From IMG/VR virus record IMGVR_UViG_3300044618_002542, positions 1 through 59,900 of that record: a stretch of DNA of 59,900 nucleotides. One strand, written 5' to 3'. This DNA comes from a virus (taxonomy: Duplodnaviria > Caudoviricetes). The position numbers were made by a program, and so were the translations under genes. Within the stretch, counting starts at the first letter, position 1. The number at the start of each line of letters is the position of its first letter. A model generated the notes under the pieces. The model ran no database searches and had not been told where the DNA came from. It saw nothing but the letters and a program-made list of their open reading frames with translations. Of the stretch, positions 17,575-27,420 are shown in pieces.

Positions 17575-17925
17575 ATGAACCTAAACGACTACGCGAAAGA
17601 ATCCCACGAAGCCAACCGGCAATGGTGGGTCGATATTAAAACCGGCCAGCCCATTCAACGAAATAAGGCCGAACAGCTTTGTCTGATCCACAGCGAAATC
17701 AGCGAGTGCCTGGAAGGCGTCCGCAAGGATCGGATGGACGACCATTTACCGAATCGAAAAATGGAAGAGGTCGAACTAGCGGACGCTCTGATTAGGATTT
17801 TCGACTACGCCGGCGGGCACGGGCTGGACCTGGAAGGGGCGTATCGAGAAAAGACGGCTTACAACGCTTGCCGGGCGGATCACCGGCCGGAAAATCGAGC
17901 GGCCGACGGCGGCAAAAAGTTTTAA
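17575..17925 (+). CDS. MazG-like nucleotide pyrophosphohydrolase
   Basis: LIHSEISECLEG...EEVELADALIRIFD acidic metal-binding motif. Confidence 0.85.
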   Translation: MNLNDYAKESHEANRQWWVDIKTGQPIQRNKAEQLCLIHSEISECLEGVRKDRMDDHLPNRKMEEVELADALIRIFDYAGGHGLDLEGAYREKTAYNACRADHRPENRAADGGKKF

Positions 17926-18144
17926 TTGATCGGCAGTACCGTGAAAAACACTTTATCAGGTTGGGCGATTGCCTTTAGCGTGCCCAAGTCAACGTTTCGA
18001 AATGCTTGGGTTCGGTCCGGCCAGCCGGGGACGATCCGAACGTCTGGGGTTTGGCTTTCCAAGCAGGAGGCCGCCAGGGTGCTGAAATCAATTAACACGA
18101 AACGCGGGAGGCCGAAAAAATGCAAGATTGGATCGAAGCGGTAA
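17926..18144 (+). CDS. Small basic putative DNA-binding protein
   Basis: HTH/excisionase-like size, C-terminal RGRPKK. Confidence 0.45.
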   Translation: MIGSTVKNTLSGWAIAFSVPKSTFRNAWVRSGQPGTIRTSGVWLSKQEAARVLKSINTKRGRPKKCKIGSKR

Positions 18145-18207
18145 AAAATATCGGGCTGTTGGTCGCCGCTGCCATCGCGGTAATTTCTATCTTCACCGAA
18201 GCGCTAA

Positions 18208-18723
18208 TTGAAAATGAATAGCTTTCTGTCCGTTGGCTTTATTTCGGCCGCATTGCTTGCCGTCGCCGAACTCCACTCGTCTACCCCGTGGGTCACCCCG
18301 GATTACTTCGCCCGTCCCGGTGAATTGCAATACCGGTCTGAGCCGAAGCCGGGCAACTGGTGGATGGCCCCGTGTCAGTTTTCAAACGACCCGGAATTTC
18401 GCGAGATTGTCTCTGGCCGATACGACGGGGCGAACGCCGACGACCCGCGAATAGGCGATCGGGCGAAGCTTTACAAAGGGCCGGACGGCTATTATCGGTA
18501 CTGCCGGGCTAAGGAATCTGATCGGGTTAAGTTTACGACTCGACATCACTATTACTGGAAGACTGGCAGTTCCGGCGCCCCGTCGCTTTCACAACTGGCG
18601 TTAGGGGCAGTCTCCCAGGTGGTTGCATCACATGAAGACCGGTTGGCGATAATTCAGTATCGCGGCAAACGCGACGCGATTCTGAACAAAGACGCGGCGG
18701 ATACTTGGAACGCTAAGAAATAA
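18208..18723 (+). CDS. Hypothetical protein; start uncertain
   Basis: Last gene of the rightward arm, converging on the late arm. Confidence 0.6.
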   Translation: MKMNSFLSVGFISAALLAVAELHSSTPWVTPDYFARPGELQYRSEPKPGNWWMAPCQFSNDPEFREIVSGRYDGANADDPRIGDRAKLYKGPDGYYRYCRAKESDRVKFTTRHHYYWKTGSSGAPSLSQLALGAVSQVVASHEDRLAIIQYRGKRDAILNKDAADTWNAKK

Positions 18724-19303
18724 CCGCAAACCCGCCTTTGGACCTAGACCGGATCGACTCCCAAATCGCGATATCTTGCAAATTTGCCGCCCTAACGGCT
18801 TCGCGATCCTCATCAGTGAATTCGACCGGATCGCTTGCGTTAATCCGTTGAATCACACCCTGGTAGCCGGCTGATCGGATCATCGCATCTGCAGAAGCAA
18901 AGACGTACCGATATTTCGATTCGGCAAAGTTTTTCGCGTAATAGTTCGAGAATTCCCCGATATTCTCGCAACACCAGCCGATCGACTTCGATTTGCACAG
19001 TAAATGCCAAGTTTCTTGGCGGTGCATCCGGCAGAATTGATAGAGCGACAAAACACGTTCGACCGGATCGCGGAGAACGGTCATCGGTGACAGTTTCGGA
19101 TTGGCCCAGTTTCGAAGGGTAATCGCACGGTGGCCGCAGACGAGATTGAACCCGTGACGTTGAGATTCGGGCATTGAAGCGAACTCCCGGATCGATCGGT
19201 TCGGGTTTCGCGGGTCGATTTGGAAATGATTCGGGAATATCTCCCGGAGGTGATGACAGACGGTTAATCCGCCGGTTTTGTGCAAGTGATTAAACAAAAT
19301 CAC
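18713..19303 (-). CDS. Sulfotransferase family 2 protein
   Basis: 5'-PSB HLHKTGGLTV, GH, and 3'-PB TVLRDPVERVLSLY. Confidence 0.85.
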   Translation of the reverse strand: MILFNHLHKTGGLTVCHHLREIFPNHFQIDPRNPNRSIREFASMPESQRHGFNLVCGHRAITLRNWANPKLSPMTVLRDPVERVLSLYQFCRMHRQETWHLLCKSKSIGWCCENIGEFSNYYAKNFAESKYRYVFASADAMIRSAGYQGVIQRINASDPVEFTDEDREAVRAANLQDIAIWESIRSRSKGGFAVIS

Positions 19304-20486
19304 CGGATTCTCTCCTTGCGTAAAGTCTCATCCGACTCAATCTTTCGTCGTGCGGGCACAATGCTAAGTGAACTACCTTTGCCGATGGTTCGTCCTGCTT
19401 GAACGTTTTCCAATACCACTGGGTATTGAATTCCGCCGGAAGATCGCGAACGCAAGAAAAGTGAATCGCCCGGTATTCGACCCAAAATTGCTCTGAAGTG
19501 TGGTCGGTGCCGATCAGGATCGGTGGAGGATCCCAAATCCCTGAATCTCGCTGGTCCCAAATTACGACCCCGCTGTTGTAGCATCTGCTTGGTTCGGGCT
19601 TAATAATTTGCTGCTCGCCCATTTTGGACGTTTGCCTCATCGCCCATTCCTGGTGGCCCGGCAGGAGCTTATTCGTGTCCGGGTGCATCCAAACCGCACC
19701 CGGTTCGAATTGCTCGAACAAGTTACCGACGTTTGACCGCAGCCAAATATCGGTATCGAGAAAAACGGCCCGATCATACTTCCTGGCGATCGCACCGACT
19801 CGAAATTTATTGGCAAGCGGATAATCCGGGCACCGATCGTCGTTAATTCCGATGAAATCGGCCCCGATGAATTCGGCGTACTGCCGAAACCGTGGCCAAG
19901 TGATTTTAGATAGGTCGATCGCCTTTTGGCCGGTGGCGACGGAGACGACTGCCAGGGGGTGATTCGGTTCGGCCGGCGGGTCAAGGCTGAACGCGATCGG
20001 GACAGTATCGGGTGTCTGTTTTTTGGTCGGGTGGCAAACCGGGCACCGTTCTAGCCCCTTTTCGCTGAACACACTGGACCCGCATTGATCGCAGTTCCAC
20101 CGCACCCGCAGCCATCGACCAGCCGGACATCGAGCCGTCGGGATTTCGATTCCGACGTGAATTAAACACGGTCGATCAGGTTGAATTGTCTTCAATTCCA
20201 TGCAGACGCCGCCGGAATTGCTCGGGCATCGCTCGCAAGTCGATTCGCGGTCGATTTGATACGCGATCGGTCCGGGCTCGCACTTGTGGCGATAATTCGG
20301 GTAAGCCGCGCGATAGGCCCCGCAGTCCGGACAGTGAAAATCAATTCGGGCTTTCGCCGGCGCCGCCTTCGCGATTTTTTTTCCGCCGATTTCCTCGATC
20401 GCCGACCGCCGAGCCGTAACACCCCTGGCAGCCCCGCCAATCTGGACAAGTTCCGGCGACTCCGATTTCCTAGCCAAACACCCCAT
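19290..20486 (-). CDS. GT-A (GT8-like) glycosyltransferase with a Cys-rich Zn-ribbon N-terminus
   Basis: FLDTDIW (DxD), YNSGVVIW, EQ, FN and VHL motifs; several CxxC pairs; ATG overlaps the upstream stop. Confidence 0.8.
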   Translation of the reverse strand: MGCLARKSESPELVQIGGAARGVTARRSAIEEIGGKKIAKAAPAKARIDFHCPDCGAYRAAYPNYRHKCEPGPIAYQIDRESTCERCPSNSGGVCMELKTIQPDRPCLIHVGIEIPTARCPAGRWLRVRWNCDQCGSSVFSEKGLERCPVCHPTKKQTPDTVPIAFSLDPPAEPNHPLAVVSVATGQKAIDLSKITWPRFRQYAEFIGADFIGINDDRCPDYPLANKFRVGAIARKYDRAVFLDTDIWLRSNVGNLFEQFEPGAVWMHPDTNKLLPGHQEWAMRQTSKMGEQQIIKPEPSRCYNSGVVIWDQRDSGIWDPPPILIGTDHTSEQFWVEYRAIHFSCVRDLPAEFNTQWYWKTFKQDEPSAKVVHLALCPHDERLSRMRLYARRESGDFV

Positions 20487-22102
20487 CAGGTCACCTCGCA
20501 CGGGCACGGACGGCCGCCGGTAATCGTCCCGGTGATCGTCCAATTAAATACGACCCCATCGACCGTCATCGTCCCGGATCCGGTGATTTCGTTGCAATCG
20601 GTCAGGATCGCGTCGAGAACGGCGGCCGAAAACGGCCCATCAGGCATCACGAAATCTAGGCTGATTTGCAGGTTCGGGTCACAGTCTGACGTGCCGAGCG
20701 TAACTCGGGCGCGACCGTGGGGCGGATTCGACGGGGCGCAAGTCTGTGACGTGTCCTCGACATCGACCATTAGGCCATTATCCCGCGGGCACAAAACGCC
20801 ATCGACAAGCTGGCAGATACCGAAATGCTTACTTAACCCCGTTCCGTGCTTCCGGATTTCCGCGGTGTCGGTCGTTCCCCCGCAAAATACGTTACTGTCG
20901 GCAGTAATTTCGATCAGCAGTTCGGTTAATTGAGTTGGTCCGCCGACTTCGTATAGCTCGCCGAATTGCGGATCCTCTTCGGCAGTCTCGCAAAAATCCT
21001 TCGACAGCGGCCAATAGCAATCGCAAACGCAATGGGGAGGGCAGCAGCATCCCGAATTATCCTCTTCGCACGACTCAAATCCGAACGTCGCCCCCAGGGT
21101 GGTTGCTTCGTCGACTTCGACCACGATTGAGACTTCGCCAAGAACGTAAGCTTCGCAATAGATATCGGCGCAGTCCGCAGCCAGCGAAACCGAGTATTCC
21201 GTCTCTGATTTGGTCCCAAAGTTGACCGAGCCGCCATCGTCCGGCGGGGTGTTCGGGTCGGTCGATCCGTCCGCAGGATTCACGGCCGGGGAGTTGTCGG
21301 TTAGCGTCCACGGATTATCAAACGTCACCGATACTGAGTATTCCTTCGCCGGATCCCACCGGGGCGGGATTATCTCGATTTCGACATCGAGCCCTTCGCC
21401 TGGGCAGTATAGGCCGGCCGGTCCGGTGGTGTCGATCGACGCAAGTAGTCTGTAACCGCTGGCCGATTCCGAAACCTGCCAAACCTTTCCCTGGTAGTAC
21501 ACCGGCGCGTCGACCGCCGGCAGGACCAAATAACAGCACGGCTCGCAGTCCGGCCCGTCGCAGCATCGCGGCGAGTCCGGGCACCGCTCTATTTCGATTT
21601 CGAGCGACCATTCGGGATCGTCTAGTCCGATCGTCAGGTAGGCCAAAAACAACGGCGAATCGAGCCAGCATTTTGAGAACGCAAGGGTGGCGGAGAATTC
21701 CTGATCCGTGATCTCGACCCAATCGATCAGGCCGCGGTCAAAAACTTTGGTCGCTTCCGGAGATTCCGATACATAGCCCCAGGCCGCGCCGTAAAAAGCG
21801 AATCCGCCGGTCGGTTCGTCGCCAGGAGAGGTTACGCCAAACGCAACGGTGATCGATTCGCCATCGCACACGATCCGCTGAAACTTGCTCGGAACGGTGA
21901 TTTTGATAGAGATTTCGGTTTCGCCGACAACTTCCGTTCCGACCAAATCGCCCGAATCATCGAACGTCCCCCAATTGATCCGAATACAGCACGGCGGACA
22001 CGCCGGCGGGGGCGGATAGTAATAGCAGCAGCAATCGGGATCGGTGGTGAGTGAATCGCCACCGATCAAAAGAGGTAGCCCGCCGAGGGTGATAAGCGGC
22101 AT
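20486..22102 (-). CDS. Cys-rich acidic virion (distal tail/fibre) protein
   Basis: End of the tail module; CCC and CxxCC clusters separate beta-rich domains. Confidence 0.6.
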   Translation of the reverse strand: MPLITLGGLPLLIGGDSLTTDPDCCCYYYPPPPACPPCCIRINWGTFDDSGDLVGTEVVGETEISIKITVPSKFQRIVCDGESITVAFGVTSPGDEPTGGFAFYGAAWGYVSESPEATKVFDRGLIDWVEITDQEFSATLAFSKCWLDSPLFLAYLTIGLDDPEWSLEIEIERCPDSPRCCDGPDCEPCCYLVLPAVDAPVYYQGKVWQVSESASGYRLLASIDTTGPAGLYCPGEGLDVEIEIIPPRWDPAKEYSVSVTFDNPWTLTDNSPAVNPADGSTDPNTPPDDGGSVNFGTKSETEYSVSLAADCADIYCEAYVLGEVSIVVEVDEATTLGATFGFESCEEDNSGCCCPPHCVCDCYWPLSKDFCETAEEDPQFGELYEVGGPTQLTELLIEITADSNVFCGGTTDTAEIRKHGTGLSKHFGICQLVDGVLCPRDNGLMVDVEDTSQTCAPSNPPHGRARVTLGTSDCDPNLQISLDFVMPDGPFSAAVLDAILTDCNEITGSGTMTVDGVVFNWTITGTITGGRPCPCEVT

Positions 22103-22106
22103 AAAA

Positions 22107-22499
22107 TCACGCCGGGGCGATGATCCGGATCGCGGTTACCCGAACATTCGTACTGGCGGCCGACGCCTTTAGCTCGATTAAATCGGGGTCGACGTGGGGA
22201 AGGACCATCGCCGGATCGTTGGGACGTAATGACCCCATCACCGCGGTAAACGTTCCTGAAATATCGCGTCCGACTTCAACCGTCGCGGTCGTCGATAAAT
22301 TCTTGATGACGAGCATACAAGGATCGGCAACGGCTCCGGTATCAATCGTCGCTTCGGTCGTTCCGACGACGTTCACCACTTCCGCGGCTACGTCGCTCGT
22401 ACTGTTGACCGACGCCGATTCCGGCTGAATCGTCCCGGTTTTGACCAAATTGTTCGACGTGACTTGGATTTGCAAACTGGTATTGATCGCGACGGCCAT
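22107..22499 (-). CDS. Small beta-rich virion protein
   Basis: Thr/Val/Ala-rich, within the tail module. Confidence 0.6.
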   Translation of the reverse strand: MAVAINTSLQIQVTSNNLVKTGTIQPESASVNSTSDVAAEVVNVVGTTEATIDTGAVADPCMLVIKNLSTTATVEVGRDISGTFTAVMGSLRPNDPAMVLPHVDPDLIELKASAASTNVRVTAIRIIAPA

Positions 22500-22508
22500 T
22501 TCTTTCCC

Positions 22509-24989
22509 TTATGGTTCGGTTGGCGGACATTCGGCAAGTTCGATTGTAGCGGGCGAAGCGGAATTATACCCGCAAACTAGAATCGTTGACCGGGTAAATG
22601 CCAAGTAGCCGGGGGCGGCCGGGTTGTTTTCTGGATTGCTGCACGGCGACTGGACCGGCGAACCGGCAACGCTTGGATCTGCTGGCGGAGACGCCGGCGG
22701 GCTCGATACGCACCCGGACGCGCAAGGAGTCGTCAACACCCAAGAGGAAGTAGCAGGATTCCAGGTGTATTCCGCGTAGCCCTCGCACGCCGGGACGGGC
22801 GGGACAAGGTAGGCATTTGTTACTACGTCAATGCTTTGCAAAGTGGGTTCCGTTGTCCCAAGTTCCGGCTCTGATCCGCACGGGAACGCCAGTATAGACT
22901 GTCGGACATAGTTAATCGCACACCCCGTATCGTCATAAGCCACCGCCGAAACAAAATCAATTTCTTCGGGCTCGCCGAGCATCGCCGAACGGGTGGCGTG
23001 GGCGACATAGACCCCGGAGTGCGGATCCAAATCGGCGTAGACCTCGCAAGGCTCGCAAGGCTCCCCCAAGGGGTAGACCACCACGACCGGATCGCCACAG
23101 CTTTCGGGATCTTCCCCGTACCAGTAGTCCAAAATTTCCGGGGTTCCGCCCGTGTATTGAAACAAAATCATCCGGGCACGCCGCCGGGCAGCGTCGCGAA
23201 TTTCCCACCGCGGGGTCGGTGTATTGGTGTAATCACAATCGACGATTTCCTCGCCGGATTCATCGACCGGCGGCCGGCAGGCATCGGTCACAAGCTGCAG
23301 AATAACCGGCGAATTGCAAATCCCGTCAATTTTCCAAGGGTTTTGGAATTCAATCTTCCGCAGTTCATCGATTCCCGGCGGTTCGAGGACGTGGGGGAAT
23401 GTCGACCGAACCTTGACAAATTCGGCCGATCCGGTGCCGTCGTTTCCCGTCAGTGATTCGTCTAGGGTCGCTTCAATCTCGAACCCGTCAAGTTTCTGGG
23501 CGAACGCATCGTAAACCCACCCTGGCAGTCCGCTCTCACCTCCCAAATCAACCGAACACTGATAATGGCAAAGTATCTGGTCGCATTCCTTGAGCGGCGG
23601 CAGGCAATCAAGCGAAATCACCCGCAGCAAAATCGGCCGGCGGTCTGAGCCGAAATAAGGGCCATCGGCGACCACGATTTGAGCTTCTGCCCATCCGTCG
23701 TCGTCTTCATCAAACGTGAGCCGAAAAACTGCCGAATCGGTCGGGTGGACGTAAACCTCGGGATCTTGGCAAAGTGACGTAATCGGATAGAAATTCGGCG
23801 GCAAGCTTTGGATGTGCGTTGACACCGCATCGGGATCGTCGGTGCCGGCGACTCTATAAGAGACGTAATCGTCCCGGCCGGTTAGCTGCCAGGGGTGAAT
23901 CCCGGGAAGTGAGGCGGCATAAGAACGGTTATTCCAGGCCGCATAAGTTTCGGCCAAATAGACGCACGACAAACGGAATTTTTCTGCCGCGGCGGCATCT
24001 ACCACGATTTCCGGGGTGCCGGATACCCTTTCTCGGAAATGCCGGACAAACCAGGGGGAATGAATTGTCGGTCGTAGGGGTCCATTCCCGAACGCGAATG
24101 AATGCGAATAGGGGTATCGCTCTTTGCATTCGTTGGAGTGATCGACGACGGCCCGACCGATAAATCGAACCGACGCCGGGTGGATATTGGCGGGCAATTC
24201 TCCGCCCATCCAAGGGGCCATTGGTGCGACATTGGGGTTAAATCCTTGCGAGGAATCAAACCAACAGACAAGGCCATTAGAAACAAACCGGGGAACTACT
24301 CGATAGCCGATCGAGAGAGCAATCGTTTCCATTGCTACCGAGTAGCCTAGCCCCGGATTATCAAAGGTTTCGCGGTCGGGAACGCCGGCCGACGCTGGCG
24401 GTTGCTGAAAATTAGCCGGCGGGAATGCTGGGTTGCTGATTCGGTTGACAATTTGAGTCCAGGTTTCCCCCTGGGTGCTCTGCGTTAAAATTGCGTCACG
24501 GATCACCGAATATCGGATATCTACAAGCGGCAACAGCCAAAGGTTATTCCCGCCCGTCGCATCAAGCCGTACCGGCGGCAAGGCGAACATCGGCCAAGTA
24601 AACGACCCTTGGTAGTTCAGTTCCAGAATCCCGGAAGTATTTGACAGCCCCCACGATAGCGGAATATACGACAAATCTCCCGCGTAACCCCATAATTGGC
24701 CGGCGATTGCGGCCATCTGTTCGCGACCGAAAACAAATAATCCCCGCCCGTATCGGGTCGCACCCGTCGGGATTATTACTTCATTGAGCCGCGGGGCCGG
24801 AATATCGGGGTATGGCAGGTGAAATCGGGCTGAATTAGTACCCGAAAACGGGTCCGCGGTAAGCTCGAACGTCAGGCGGTCGTGGGCCGCCGGCCATCGG
24901 CTTTCCGGCCATCGTTGAGCGGTGAACCGCTCAAGCGTTTTGCTAACGTCCAGGACGGCCGGCTGGCCGCAGAAGTACACGCCCGGCAT
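22509..24989 (-). CDS. Tail tip/hub-like structural protein
   Basis: 826 aa, tail module position, Cys/Pro-rich C-terminus. Confidence 0.6.
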   Translation of the reverse strand: MPGVYFCGQPAVLDVSKTLERFTAQRWPESRWPAAHDRLTFELTADPFSGTNSARFHLPYPDIPAPRLNEVIIPTGATRYGRGLFVFGREQMAAIAGQLWGYAGDLSYIPLSWGLSNTSGILELNYQGSFTWPMFALPPVRLDATGGNNLWLLPLVDIRYSVIRDAILTQSTQGETWTQIVNRISNPAFPPANFQQPPASAGVPDRETFDNPGLGYSVAMETIALSIGYRVVPRFVSNGLVCWFDSSQGFNPNVAPMAPWMGGELPANIHPASVRFIGRAVVDHSNECKERYPYSHSFAFGNGPLRPTIHSPWFVRHFRERVSGTPEIVVDAAAAEKFRLSCVYLAETYAAWNNRSYAASLPGIHPWQLTGRDDYVSYRVAGTDDPDAVSTHIQSLPPNFYPITSLCQDPEVYVHPTDSAVFRLTFDEDDDGWAEAQIVVADGPYFGSDRRPILLRVISLDCLPPLKECDQILCHYQCSVDLGGESGLPGWVYDAFAQKLDGFEIEATLDESLTGNDGTGSAEFVKVRSTFPHVLEPPGIDELRKIEFQNPWKIDGICNSPVILQLVTDACRPPVDESGEEIVDCDYTNTPTPRWEIRDAARRRARMILFQYTGGTPEILDYWYGEDPESCGDPVVVVYPLGEPCEPCEVYADLDPHSGVYVAHATRSAMLGEPEEIDFVSAVAYDDTGCAINYVRQSILAFPCGSEPELGTTEPTLQSIDVVTNAYLVPPVPACEGYAEYTWNPATSSWVLTTPCASGCVSSPPASPPADPSVAGSPVQSPCSNPENNPAAPGYLAFTRSTILVCGYNSASPATIELAECPPTEP

Positions 24990-25525
24990 TAGGTTACGTC
25001 CCAGTCAAAGGCGGTAGAGACGACAAGTTTCATCGCAACGGCATTCGCTTTTCCAATTATCACGTCGGCGGGGGCGTCAGAATTGAGCGGAGAAAGCTGG
25101 TCGCGCAATAGCGGTTGATCGCCGTCGCGGGGTTCCCATCCGTCGTCAAATCCAAAAAGAGCCTTTAGAATCGCGGTTTTCCACTGGTATATCCCCCAAG
25201 CGCTATCGTCGTCGCCGGTTAATCGCTGGCCGTACTGCCGGGGGCGGTCAAGGTTCACAATTACAATCGGTGTAATAATCACCGATCCGTCTTCGGTGAT
25301 CGTCGCCGACCCGGCGCCCGCGAACATCTGGCCGACAAAACTACCGGCCCCCGGCGAGACCGTCACCGCATATCGGCCTCCAGGGAGGGTTACGGGAATC
25401 GCTTGGTCAGAAAGAAAACAATTCTGGTCGTTGAGCCGCTCGATTTTGTCGCGAAGTCTGCTAACGATCGAACGCAAGATTTTCTCTTGAGTCGTCCGGC
25501 TCCGTAGTTCGGGGTCGATCGTCAT
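24989..25525 (-). CDS. Putative tail/neck structural protein
   Basis: Overlapping start/stop with both neighbours. Confidence 0.55.
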   Translation of the reverse strand: MTIDPELRSRTTQEKILRSIVSRLRDKIERLNDQNCFLSDQAIPVTLPGGRYAVTVSPGAGSFVGQMFAGAGSATITEDGSVIITPIVIVNLDRPRQYGQRLTGDDDSAWGIYQWKTAILKALFGFDDGWEPRDGDQPLLRDQLSPLNSDAPADVIIGKANAVAMKLVVSTAFDWDVT

Positions 25526-27420
25526 TGGAGCCCTTGAACTTGTTCTGAGGAAAGGTCAAGCCAGTTATCTTGCGGGGTTAAGCGGTCAATTTGACTGACC
25601 GCACCTTTCAATTTTGCGAAATTCGATACCCCATTCTCAAGTAAATAAACGTATTCCGAAACTACCGAAAACCGGCGACCGCTTCCATCGGCAAGCAATT
25701 CCGGATTTTTAATGGTGTACGAAAAGCTTTCGAGCACTTCCCGCGACATATTTTGGTCGACCGCTTCCTCGACAAGCAGGGGAACCGCGGGCATTCTTCC
25801 GTCCCTCGTCGAAGTGACCGTAAAAACGCGACGGCTTACCCTGCCGTGAAGCTTCGCCAGCAGGCTCTTATTCCCCTGGGTGTCCGCTAGCGGCATCTGA
25901 GCCCACCCGGTTTTGGTTTCGTGCCGTTGGACTAGCTCGACGAATTGATACGGGAAATCGTAAATGTTGTCCCGTGGGTTATTTTCGTACTTCGGACGAA
26001 GATAAGTCTCGTCCGCCGGTAGTGGGTCGGGGACATTCTCAATTTCCGACTGATCGGGATAATTCGCGGGCTTTACTTCGGGTCGGGTCGGCGGCGAAAT
26101 GTAGCCCGGCAAAACGCCTTGTGGAAATCCGTGCCAAATTGAGCAAGGTGATTGCAAATAGCAGGCAAACGTACCAGCGGGGCCCGGCGAATCAAACGGC
26201 AGGGGAACGGGCCATACGCGGGGGTCGTAGCCTTCGATTTCATACTCGCTCGTCCCGGTCAAAGTCGTAAGCGGCTGGCCCATCCGTTCTAACCGAAGGG
26301 CAAGCGCTCTGGCGGTAACAAGATCGTCGGTGTATTGGGCCTGAATCCGAAGCTCGATCGACGGTTCGTTAAGGACATTCACGACCGAAGCGCTTTTTAA
26401 AATCGTTTTTTGGGTTTGCTTTTTGCCACCCACCCAAACCGGAACCAGTCCGTTAATCCGATCCGTCGCCACCTTTCCGGCGCTGGCGATCAACTGCGTT
26501 TTATCCACCCCTGGCGGCCCCGTCAGCCTAACCGATATCTCTCCGCTCAAAATCAGGCCGTTCCCCGTTGCGGTTTCGGCGTGGTGTGCCGACCAGCTAA
26601 CCGCCGGCCAAGGCGGCGCGGCGTGGGCTTGGCGATCTTCGATTTGATACTTGAGGACAAGTCCGGTCGGATCGTCGGTAAATTTCTGCCGTACCCGTTT
26701 GTATCCTGCCAAGAGAGGTGGAACTACCAGGAACCGCATCAGGTGGGGCCAGTGGGCATGATTCACTACTCGGAGAGTTCCGGATATCGTCCGGGTTGTG
26801 ATCCAGTTTTCGTCCTTGCTTTCGTCCAGGCTCCAACGGTTGCTGAGAACCCGATTGTCGCCGGCCACGGGGCCGAACCCGACCGGCGGTAGGTCGTAAT
26901 TTCCAAGGCACAATCGGCGGGTAACTTCGATCTCAAAAATCACCCGGATTGATCGGCCGCCGATTATCTTCTCGACCCGGACCGCCCGCGGCTTTGGGCC
27001 GTTGTCTACGTCAATCACTGACGACCGGGCCACGGTGCTTGTAATCTGAGTTGATAGCGGGTGCGCCGGCATTGCTCCATCCGGTATCCCGGTTGCGACC
27101 AGGAGGGAACCGTCAACGCCAGAACCCGCCGGGCCGGCTTCGTTTGCTACCCCGCCGTCAACCAAAAGCCAAAAATCCTTGCGGGGCTCGTAGAGACGGG
27201 AGTTGATATCGACCATTCGCTCGACCGCCGACAGTCCGGCAGGGGTCTCGATACCGAATTGCGGCGCGGAGTGAATTGCTACCAGGGTGGATGCTACACG
27301 GATCGTAAATTTCGAGCCGATAACGTCGGTGCCGCTTTCATCAAACTGAACCGATTGTTCAAACGACTGAGTTTCGCAGTCTCGAAGGGTGACGCCGTTG
27401 TAAATTATCGTGGTGGACAT
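25522..27420 (-). CDS. Tail structural protein (distal tail/baseplate-like)
   Basis: Directly follows the tape-measure-position gene. Confidence 0.6.
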   Translation of the reverse strand: MSTTIIYNGVTLRDCETQSFEQSVQFDESGTDVIGSKFTIRVASTLVAIHSAPQFGIETPAGLSAVERMVDINSRLYEPRKDFWLLVDGGVANEAGPAGSGVDGSLLVATGIPDGAMPAHPLSTQITSTVARSSVIDVDNGPKPRAVRVEKIIGGRSIRVIFEIEVTRRLCLGNYDLPPVGFGPVAGDNRVLSNRWSLDESKDENWITTRTISGTLRVVNHAHWPHLMRFLVVPPLLAGYKRVRQKFTDDPTGLVLKYQIEDRQAHAAPPWPAVSWSAHHAETATGNGLILSGEISVRLTGPPGVDKTQLIASAGKVATDRINGLVPVWVGGKKQTQKTILKSASVVNVLNEPSIELRIQAQYTDDLVTARALALRLERMGQPLTTLTGTSEYEIEGYDPRVWPVPLPFDSPGPAGTFACYLQSPCSIWHGFPQGVLPGYISPPTRPEVKPANYPDQSEIENVPDPLPADETYLRPKYENNPRDNIYDFPYQFVELVQRHETKTGWAQMPLADTQGNKSLLAKLHGRVSRRVFTVTSTRDGRMPAVPLLVEEAVDQNMSREVLESFSYTIKNPELLADGSGRRFSVVSEYVYLLENGVSNFAKLKGAVSQIDRLTPQDNWLDLSSEQVQGLQ

